From NCBI RefSeq assembly GCF_006345805.1, contig NC_043009.1, forward strand, positions 57,784,001-57,848,000: a stretch of DNA of 64,000 nt. The letters run 5' to 3'. This stretch comes from Octopus sinensis (taxonomy: Eukaryota). A program made the translations under genes and the position numbers. Below are positions 53,255 to 64,000 of the stretch, in pieces. Within the stretch, counting starts at the first letter, position 1, and each line of letters opens with the position of its first letter. The notes under the pieces were generated by a model. That model was not told where the DNA came from. It was given only the letters and a program-made list of their open reading frames with translations, and did not search any database.

Positions 53255-55886
53255 CAGAGAACTTGTAGTAGAAAGTGGGTGTGCCAAGACTAGAAAATAA
53301 TCGTTAGATGTTGTAAGGGAATCTAGATAACAGATAAGGACAAAGGGTAAAGCAAATGGCTGACTCTATCTCACAAAAGATCTTTTATCAAGTTAACCGA
53401 CTTATAGTGAGATGTTTCTGTTATGATTTTATTACCTACTAAAATTGGCATCAATCTACTATTCCAGACACCAAAGTTTTGAAAAATGCCGCTGCGCTAA
53501 TCAGTCAGCAGATAATAGAGACAATAGGATCAATTGTATTGTGTAGAATACGGTGTATTGTCCAGCATGCATTTACTGTCGAGATTAGCGTTTCAATTAA
53601 ACATGTAGGAAAAAAAATGTTAGCTTAAGATTTTAGATTAAAGTGACTAAATTTAAGCTAAACTTGAGATATATTGATCGAATATACTGAGAGTTAATAT
53701 ATAGAGAACTATAAGAGATAGAGGAAAATTATATAAGTGCACACGCTTACACACAATCACACACAGAATCATACACACACAAACACATGTTTATATATAA
53801 CTTTGAGATTCATGGCTAAATAAATAATTAGTTAAATATTAATCAGATAATCAGTGAATTTCTTTTCATTTACCCTCTGGAATATTAAATATAGCAAAAA
53901 AACGAAAACTTCTGATCAATGATGGTTGGGAATTAGATGTTACAAAAGTGCAACTCATAGCACCGAGGAAATTAGTTCTTTCCATAGAGCTGTAGGGAAA
54001 ATTAAAACGCAATACCCATTAGTGGCTACGAGAAATGGAAAGAAAAGGAAAAGGTGCAGAGAATGAAAATAGATGAGGATGGCGGAGGTGGTCGTTAAAA
54101 ATGAAAAGTTTCGGATATAAATGAAAATATCTTGATTGTGTGGTTATGAAGTTCATGATGACTTGCTATATCTAAAAAAAAAAACCCAGTGCAATTGTAA
54201 TATGCACCAGCTGAGTGTTAGTGCTACGTTGGCTTCCTCTAGTTATTGCGTCTTGGATGTTCTTCTGGTTGAAGTTTAGCTCTCCAAGAGAGTGCCTCGT
54301 CTGCTACAAAAGCAACTTTAAAGAATTAGCAAATAATAGTACACGCTACCAAGCTTTACTCGTTCGTGAATGACGTCTGCTTTTCCTTTATAGAAAGACA
54401 TAGATGCATAAATATTTATTCGACGATTGATACAGTGTGCAATTAAAAGGACGTCTCAAACGTAAGACCAGAGTCCAGTTAACAAATGAAAATGTGACCA
54501 ATGCCACGCGTTGATTATTTTGTATATCACTTTACGGGTGGGGTTTACCGACGATGTCTACAGTTGGTCAAGATACTTCCAGCATTTCAGGATGGAGCTT
54601 TGTATGTTTGTTAGATATCAGTCCCACCCTCAGAGGGAGATTGTAAATTATGAAAAGCAGAAGAGAACATATATACATATAATCTTATTTCTCATCACTG
54701 TTTAGCGCTGCGATTATTATATTTGTTCTGACCGGGAAATCTGTGAGTGCAAGTCATTGACTAATATCGATTGTTCCATCTTAAAAATACGGCTTTCTAA
54801 ACTGCTCAGAGGTATCTCTCTTCGGTATCTCCTACTGAGGAAGGCTGAGTTGACAGAAACGCATCTAAGAATCTGATAGAGGGTGAGAAGCTGTAGTTAC
54901 ACCTTTCGCAAGAATTTTTTTACGTACATACATACATAAATCCATCCATCCATCTATCCATCTATATATGTAAGTTACATATATACATACATAAATGTAT
55001 GTATGTAAAATATATACGTATGTAAATACATACATATACATACATATATGTGGGTATGTAAATATATGTATATACATATACACACACACACAAATCAATA
55101 TAACCAGCTATGCACAATGTGATACCGTAACGGAAAAAAAATCGATGGTCACTGAACGCGACTAAGGGTACCTTAAACTAGACTTTTTCATGCGTGACGC
55201 AAATAATTTTCTATTTCCACAGACAATTGATTAGAAATCATACCATCATGCCATCTCAACTTCCGATATACTCCTTATTCTTTATCGTTACCAATAAACT
55301 ATATAAATACAGACATACATGGACAGAAGCGCACACACATAGACTACATGCATGCGCATATAATCATAGAAATTAGACCATTATAGAAAATGAATTGTAA
55401 GCTAGGATTTCATGACTAACTAAATAATTTCGTAATCTCCAGAGAAATTCCTACGACCAGCAACTCTGACATATTAAATAATGTATATGCGTATCTGTTG
55501 AAATGTGAGCTGGGAGAAATTTTATATGTGTACAACGTAAGCCGTATGGAAATCAGGGTGTTCTATTGGAAGGGGAAATGAAAATATGAAAAAATCTATA
55601 ACTAGTTGGGGCTAAGAAGAAGAGAAAAAGAAGTGAGAATATATGTTAATATTCAAAGAAATATATAACAACGGTAAAATTTGGTTTCAACGATATATCA
55701 AAGTCCTCATAGATATCATTAGGTATAGGAAACCGGATAAAGAGGGAGAGAGGAAAACAAGGGGCAACTATATTGAGGAAGTTATTTTAGCTATTAAAAA
55801 ACAACCACAAAATGGGTAATTTAGATTTTCATATATTTTTGTCGCAAAACTGCAGTCATTTACTAACATGTATGCATATATGTAGT

Positions 55887-56188
55887 GGAGGCATTTGGCC
55901 TAGTGGTCAGAGCAGCGGACTCGCGGTCAAGGGATTGTCGGTTCGAATCTCAGACCGGGCGATGTGTGTGTTCATGGGCGAAATACCTAAGCTCCACCAG
56001 GCTCCGGCAGAATGTAATGGCGAACCTCTGCTGACTCTTTCGCCACAACTTTCTCCCACTCTTTCCTCCTGCATCTTGCAGCCCACCTACGACGAACCGT
56101 CGTCCGATCCGGGTGGGGAACCTATACGCCAAAGAAACCGGGAAACCGGCCCTTATGAGCCAAGCGTGGCTCGAGAAGGAACAAACAA
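55887..56188 (+). mobile_element. SINE family C, full length
   Basis: tRNA-like head GGAGGCATTTGGCCTAGTGG...GGTTCGAATCTC. The tail has the hairpin GAGCCA-AGCG-TGGCTC and ends in AACAAACAA. Confidence 0.8.
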
Positions 56189-56304
56189 TGTATGTATGTA
56201 TAAAAACATGTATGTATTTGTCTGTCAGCCTGTCTCCCTCCACCCTCTCTCTATATTTATGTATACACACACACATAAACAGCATTATCTTTTAAGTAAT
56301 TTTA

Positions 56305-56460
56305 TTCATTTAAGCGCACCGCCTTGGAGGCTTTAATCGAACAAATTGACCCTCAGTACTTAGTCTATCGGTATGATTTTCCTAACCGCTTGGTTACGGG
56401 AACGTAAAGGTACCAACACCGGTTGTCGTATAGTGGCGGGGGACATATACAGACACAAAA
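56305..56460 (-). mobile_element. SINE family A 3' half, diverged
   Basis: GCACCGCC...TTTAATCGAACAAATTGACCC..AGTACTT..TCTATCGGT. Confidence 0.65.
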
Positions 56461-57135
56461 ACAAACGAACATACATACATATATACATACATACAGACAT
56501 ACATCAATACAAACAGATAGGCAGACACACAGACACATACACACACAGACAAGACCCAAATCCCTCTTCAGTTGCCGATCACATATCGTCACAATTTTGA
56601 TACATATTTATTTAAACATAAGCGCGCGCGTATACACACACACACGCGCACTAACACACATTAGTGCGTGTGTAGGTGTATGTAAATATATAAATTAGGT
56701 TGATTCAATGACGTATAAAAGTGGAAGTGAAATTAAGACTAGGATCAAATGGGAAGGTAAACAAGCTGCGATGCACCACAAGGGATGGACTGATACCCGA
56801 ACATAGTACAATATATATTTGTTACTGAGTCTTTCGTGGCTAACCTTTTAACTCTTCAAGCCTTTCATTGTTGGCGGTCGTAGTAGCGATGGTACGGGCT
56901 TGATGGTGGCGGAGGTTATGGGGAATGATAGTCGTTGTGGATAGTGCTGACGGTGTTACTCTGTAGGATTCTACTAGACGGTTGGTACGTGTTGATGGTT
57001 GTGATCTTAATGATAATGCAATAATCATACATATGCACATGCTTGCGCGCGCACCCATCTCCAAACACACGCACACATATATAGATACATGCATACATGG
57101 TATCATAATATTCACACATGCGCGCGCACACATAG

Positions 57136-57166
<31 letters not shown>

Positions 57167-57554
57167 CACTAAGTGATGTAACAAACGCAAAATTACATAA
57201 GGAATGATTATTATTAATAACACAAAATCATGAACATGTATATGCACACTAACTCACACGAACACATGTGATGTATGTGTAGAAATATATCATATGTATG
57301 CATACATGCATGCATACGCACACACATATATATAAATGTATATGTTAATATTTAATGTAAATACACTCACACATACACCCACACAGAAGCACAGAGACAC
57401 ATTTACAAGTAGGAAAAACATCTAAGCTACAAATCCTACGTATATACTTGCATATATACACACTAGTAACACGAAGATAATCACACATCTAGCCCAGTGC
57501 ACAAATGTATTTACACACGCACAAATATACAGACATACATGCACAGTCTAACAC

Positions 57555-57601
<47 letters not shown>

Positions 57602-58478
57602 TACACACACACATATATACACATACAAACACATGCATATATATATATATATATATATGTATGTATACATGTATGTATATATGCTTGTACACTCCTCAAA
57701 CATTTCATTATTCGACGTATGTAATTACTGCTAATATATTAGTTGGATATGCTATTAACAAAAGTATTGATTACTTTATTAATTATGCATCCCCTGATAT
57801 CTCTACAAAATCAAAAATGTATTTTAAGTGGTAAAATATTCCGAAAATTTTTCGGTTTATTTTTTTTTTATATTTCATTTACATTTTTTTTTGTCTGAGA
57901 TGTCATTTCTAAAATACATCGTACACTATAATTATTTCGAAAGCGACCTACGTAATCGATCAGTTACATAAATGACAAAAATAAAGCGCGGAAGCCTTAG
58001 CACATGTGTAACATGATGTACGTTTAAAAACGATTTTTTTCTTTCTGTGGGCAATAGACCTGTACCAAATAAAGCACAAAGAGAAAACAACTACAATTTT
58101 TAATTATCAAATTTCAACGTATAAACTCTTCTTTCCTCAAAATTAAACCCATATCTAATTTTCAAATTATGGTTATTACTTGATCAATTGATAAGAAGTA
58201 TGATGTCAAATATATATTTATATACGAATATTTATCGATAGCTGCTCCGTATGTTATCGATGACATAAGTTGCTCGGTACATTTACAACGGAATGGCGTG
58301 TTGTTATAGTAGGAGGGCGATCAGTGTAATATTTGGTTCGATGAGTGCATGAGGTTGTTTATATATCTTATAAATGTTATTGTTTAATTGAAGATAAATT
58401 ATAAGTAGAAGAATATAACTATCGACAGCTGGCCAGGAGTTTCTTTCAGTGCACAGTTCGTTTATATATACATATATA

Positions 58479-58894
58479 GGCGTAGGAGTGGCTGTGTGGT
58501 AAGCAGTTTGCTTACAAACCACATGGTTCCGGATTCAGTCCCACTACGTGGCACCTTGGGTAAGTGTCTTCTACTATAGCCTCGGGCCGACCAAAGCCTT
58601 GTGAGTGGATTTGGTAGACAGAAACTGAAAAGAAGCCCATTATATATATATGTATAAATATATGTGTGTGTATATAGTTGTGTGTCTGTGTTTGTTCCCC
58701 CAACGTCGCTTGACAACCAATAGTGGTGTGTTTACGTCCCGTAACCGAGCAGTTCAACAAAAGTGACCGATATAATAAGTATTAGGCTTACAAAGAATAA
58801 GTCCTGGGGTCGATTTGCCCGACTAAAGGCTGTGCTCCAGCATGGCTGCAGTCAAATGACTGAGACAAGTAAAAGAGTATAAAGAGAAAGAGAA
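58479..58894 (+). mobile_element. SINE family A, full length
   Basis: Complete head, body and tail; inserted in (TA)n. Confidence 0.9.
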
Positions 58895-59109
58895 TATATA
58901 TATATATATATACATATATAATAATAAATATTAGGGAATAAATCCAAAATTACAGGGAAAAAATCAGATTTAGGATTAAATCCAATTTTATAGTAAAATA
59001 TTATATAATATTAATTCGAGACAAAACCACTATCTTTATGTATTGGTTAAGTCTTTCCTTGTTTGATTTGCAAAATAGTGGTTTTGTCTCGAATTAATAT
59101 TATATATAC

Positions 59110-59197
<88 letters not shown>

Positions 59198-59244
59198 TGG
59201 TGTGTGTGTGTGTGTGTGCATGTGATGTGTGTGTGTATGTGTAT

Positions 59245-59630
59245 GAGGCCGCTTGGTTCACTGGTTAGAACGTCGGTCTTACAATCATGAATAAGTGAAT
59301 TCGATTTCCTGACAGGGGTGTGTTCTTCAGAAAGATATTTCTTTTTTTTTATGTTGCTCCACTTCACTCAGCTGTAGAACTAGAGTTGCGATGTCACTGG
59401 TGCAAAGGTGTATCGACCTTTGCCTTTCCCGTGGATAAAATCGCTTGACAACCGATGCTGGTGTGTTTACGTCCCCGTAACATAGCGGTTCAGCAAAAGA
59501 GAAAGATAGAATAAATACTAGGCTTACAAAGAATAAGTCCGTGGGTCGATTTGTTTGACTAAAGGCGGTGCTCCAGCATGGCCGCAGTCAAATGACTGAA
59601 ACAAATAAAAGAATACAAGAATAAAAGAAT
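59245..59630 (+). mobile_element. Chimeric SINE: family D 5' part fused to family A 3' half
   Basis: D-type sequence runs to ~59442, then GCTTGACAACCGATGCTGGTGTG...GTCAAATGACTGAAAC of family A follows. Confidence 0.75.
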
Positions 59631-61076
59631 GTTTTAGAACAATTTGAAGACAATAAAGGAATCATATTGTCTTGATTTGATTTGTTGTCGGGGAAACAAA
59701 CGTCCAACGTGTCGGATTCCTAATTTTCTTAGTAAAAAATTAAAAACCACAGTCAGACAAATTAGGAATGTGAGAACAAAAGAGAAGTGATTTAGAGAGT
59801 TAAGTCAAGGATGAATGGTTCAGGACAGAGTAAATAGCGCAGGGATTTGTGTGTTTGATAGGATGGGGGAAGGTTGGATGATATCGGGGAAAAGCAAAAG
59901 AAAAACTGAACGGGTTTCGAGCCGGTGTAGCAGAAATGGGAGGGAGGTGGTAAGGAATCATGAGCCATAAGAGAAATAAATGGCCAGAATATCTGAGGAG
60001 GATATATAAAATAAGATACGTAAGTAGAAGCAAGATGATGGCTGAGAGGTGAAGAGAAGGAGGCAGCGGTTGGGGCCGAAGAATTGTTAGAATGTGGGGA
60101 AAATAATGATGATGATAATAAAATTTGCCAGAATTGAAAGAAAAACATATAATGGAAAGGCTGCTCTGGCAGAAAGTGGATAGAAGTTGGTAGAGAAATA
60201 AACGTACATCACTATGGTTTTGTATATATTCTGACCTTTGTCACTTGCCCTTGTTTCGAACCAAATTACTGCATCTTTTCTTTCGTTGCTTCTAAAGGTC
60301 TATTTTTGCAATAAAGGGCTTGGTACTTTTTGTCTAAAAGTCTACTGATGTCAAGGCATGCACTGTAATTCCCTCATCTGCAATAATTTTTAGACGCAAG
60401 CATATGAGAACGCCTTTTGTAAAGTACACTCCCTCACAGATTGCCTCTTTGACAGATCTGCACATGTGGGTGACGTGAAAACCACTGCTAGCCGGGCAAT
60501 GCAATCGGTGGATCGTGCATACTAGCATATAAGGAATGGTCTGTGGTGGATATGAGTAAGTAATCTCTCAGGCCGATTGTGGGCTCTAGTGAAAGCCAGT
60601 CAAGCAGTATATTCCGGGGTAATTTCATCTCAAGTACTGTGGACAAATTCCAGATTGCTATGGGCTGAGAGTGTTAAACGGATGATATCAGATTGCTGGT
60701 AGCCGAGCGGGTCCAATAATGGCAGAGGGCTAGGAATTCTTATATTATGCACCCCTTGAAGCCTATGCACGGTTGGCTTGTGGAGCTATGACGACATTTT
60801 TTAGGACAGATTTTAAAATCTCCGTACTAACCTCTGTGACAGAAGTGGCGGAGAATTTTTCTCCGTTTGGTTAGTATGGGCAAATAGGTAGTATGGTGGC
60901 CATGTTTGAAAGGTTTAAGGATAGGCCTCTATGTCTATGACTACATGAAGTTCTACATGAAGTTCTACATGATGCAGAAAGCATAATGGAGGGAAATGTA
61001 TTGTCCTTTTCCGAACTGATGAAAAGCTGTGGCAAGTGTTGATACTGTAACTTATGAGTGAGTCTGTCTTTGAATT

Positions 61077-61310
61077 CTTATTTCTTTATTGCCCACAAGG
61101 GGCTAAACATAGAGGGGACAAACAAGGATAGACAAACGGATTAAGTCAATTACATCGACTCCAGTGCGTAACTGGTACTTAATTTATCGCCCCCGAAAGG
61201 ATGAAAGGTAAAGTAGACCTCGGCGGAATTTGAACTCAGAACGTAAAGACAGACGAAATACCACAAAGTATTTCGCCCGGCGTGCTAACGTTTCTGCCAG
61301 CTTGCCACCC
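61077..61310 (-). mobile_element. SINE family B with 13-bp TSD
   Basis: CTGTCTTTGAATT at 61064-61076 and 61311-61323. Confidence 0.95.
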
Positions 61311-63455
61311 CTGTCTTTGAATTTTACCTGGATGTTACTTTCAGTAGAGAGGAAATCTGCAGCCTGCTCGTGGTTCAGGTCCTTGGGTTCCCTGACTCTC
61401 AGTGAATGCCAATTTGCACCCGTGTGGAAACATGTGTTTTATACTTTATTAAAACGTGATACATTTTTCGTGTGTTACATTATTTTCTCAACTCCATTTA
61501 TTTGTGTCTGTACAAGAGCAGATGTTGTCACGTTAGCGTTTGCAATATTTTTGAATGTTAAGATAGGTAGGTCCTCGTGTCTAATAAAGAAACAAGTATC
61601 TCAAAAATAAATAAAAAGTGGATGCTTATTATTAACTTTGATATTATTGATTAAATATATAATCACATGATTTTTAACAGCTTCTTCTGCACCATTAGAT
61701 GTACTACCGTGTTGCTTAGGCCTGTACATTATTTTCGCCCTTCGGGAGTGTCAATTAGTGCTTGTATGTTACCACCGCTTTGCTTTGTTGTTGGAGCCGT
61801 TTTGGTTATTTCTAGCTCTATTTAAATATTTTGTCTGTATATTGTATAGAGATATGTGCTATTAGAGATATGTTACATATTATTGAATAGTGACTGTGTA
61901 ATCTATGCATTGCATGAGTTTTGTTATAATAACAGAAGGCGGGTAATTTTGTAGAAAGTGAGATGTAAGAGGTGTTGCTAGTGTGAGTGTTATATTATTA
62001 TTAGACATGTCACGTTGCTTAAGACTTGGTTTTTTAATTCTTTTGCGTCACATACCTGCTATATTAATTAATTATCAACGTCTAGGCGTAGCCATAAATG
62101 TAATTAAGGTCCTGTAGGGTATAAACAGATGAGATAATTAATTTTCTCTATGTCATGATATGACGGAGTTAGTGCATGTGAGAGGGGTCGACCGTCTCAA
62201 ACTATTAAATATTATTTAGTTATATAATTTTAAAAAAAGATCTCAGCAAAATAATTTAATAATTCTTGCTGCCATAATTCATTTTGAGAATGGTTTTATC
62301 ATGAATGGAATTTAATTTCAGATCTTTCATTAAAAAAGGGTTAAATAGAAATATTAATATCAAGCTGAAAGAATCTGTTTTAAATTTTTTTGTTTGTGTT
62401 TTCTAATTTCTTTATTGTTTTATTTTGTCATTCAGAAAATATATGGTGCCGTAAAATATTCTGGATGAAATTAAGAATATATAGCTATTGTGAAATAATT
62501 TTAATGTAAATTAATTTAATGGAATTGTTTTATTTTCTAGAAACGACAGTGATTTAGCATAAATTGGTAGAATGTCGATATAAAATACCTTACTGTATTT
62601 AAATTTGTATTGAATTCTATTAATTATTATTAATAATAATAATGGTTCTAATCTTACCGTAGTCAACTTGGTATATGACACTCTTGGGATCGATTAAGTC
62701 AACAAAAGTGATCTAATAGAGTTGGGTGGTTGACAACACAATTCAGCTTGCTTTCAATTAATGTTCTGCTTTGTGACAAGTTTTTTTTTATAAAAAAGAA
62801 AACAGATACTAGAAAATTGAATAAGTCTGTAGTTGCGAGACAGCAGATTGCCTTATTTAGTTATTCCGTTGCGAATTTGTGATAAATCAAATCTTTGCAT
62901 TAAAGACAATCTAAGCGTCATTTTGCTGTTTTATTTTGAGGTATTGTATATCCAAGACTACATCTATTATATTTCTCCGTTTTGTAATAGATTTCGCGTT
63001 GGGGATGTTAACTAGTGGTCTTAGAATGTCTAGTGATCTCATAGGTTATCTATTGTTTCGCTGGTCTGAGGGACTGAGATCAAATATTGTGGGCAGTTGC
63101 TCGAGGTCTTCATTTAGTTCATTAGAAATCGATCGTATATATATATATATATATATATGTATGATATATGATGGTCCACACGCTTGGCTATTTCAGAAAC
63201 AGCTATAAGAGACTCTATATATCTATATTCTCTATCTAAATGAAGTGACTTTGTCAAGTGATGATAAACGGCTTGCGTTTTTATTTTTACTCTAATCTTT
63301 TTCTACCTGCTCAAGGATAAACCACATATAGCCGCTTCTGATAGCAAGTCTCAACAACACACGTTCAGATGCAGTTCAGAGTTTTAGTGGTAAAACAAAC
63401 ATAGCAGCAGCAATCCTTTCTACACACACACACACACATACACACACACACACAT

Positions 63456-63524
<69 letters not shown>

Positions 63525-63544
63525 CATTTATTCATATATATATG

Positions 63545-63700
63545 TAGGGATTATGAATGTAATGAAAAGGAAAGGAAGAAGACAACACACCAGGGGTAGG
63601 TATCAGTTTAATAGTTTAATGCTTAAAACAGAAAGAAAAGAGTTTTCACGTTTCGGACGCAGGCACTTCATCAGCAGACAGAGGAGAAAATTAAAGAAGG
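63545..63700 (-). mobile_element. Diverged PLE-type solo repeat with decayed hammerhead core
   Basis: Minus strand CTGATGA-A-GTGCCTGCGTCC-GAA-ACGT-G. Its 3' end runs into the (TA)n at ~63460-63520. Confidence 0.5.
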
Positions 63701-64000
63701 ACAGCGAAAAGGAAAAGTGATTCGAGAAAACAAAAACGAGCGAGGATTTAGGGGCCACGCTGGAATACAGTTCTATAAGGGGGTTAAGAAGGGTGGAGGG
63801 ACGGTTGTAGGAGCGTAGCTGTGTTCAAATAAATAGACACGCCCTCACACGCAGGCCTACACACCACACACACACATATACACATATATAAATAGACTTA
63901 GCAAGGTTGAACGAAATTGGAGTTCGTTTCAAAATCGTGAGGTGTAAGGTTCTAATCCATTGTGTGGTGTCTCGATTCCCTCGACACATCTGTACGGAAT

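Noticed and set aside
59790-61060. Possible decayed LINE (L1/Tx1-like GRGLGI motif)
   Set aside because: There are too many stops and only weak motif similarity, so the family cannot be assigned by eye.
62830-63125. Protein-like minus-strand stretch (SNELNEDLEQLPTIFDLSP)
   Set aside because: It is interrupted by stops, has no splice acceptor and shows no recognisable homology.

Overview
Eukaryotic, AT-rich, microsatellite-saturated DNA. The SINE families and repeat landscape look like an octopod cephalopod (Octopus sp.); this is recognition, not a database result. No host protein-coding exon can be called with confidence, and almost all ORFs in the supplied track are microsatellite or SINE translations. 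The window is intergenic or intronic and is built from: four tRNA-derived SINE families (called A-D here, several with target-site duplications); decayed mariner/Tc1 transposases; RTE and R4/Dong-like LINE fragments; a Penelope-like (PLE) GIY-YIG remnant; a complete non-autonomous Helitron; a 28-copy 48-bp minisatellite; two kb-scale tandem duplications; and a 100-N gap. The most interesting signal is a set of short (TA)n-anchored repeats carrying minimal type I hammerhead-ribozyme folds with a palindromic helix III. One family has an apparent compensatory G3:C8 swap of the conserved C3:G8 core pair and sits in a ~280-bp fold-back palindrome.
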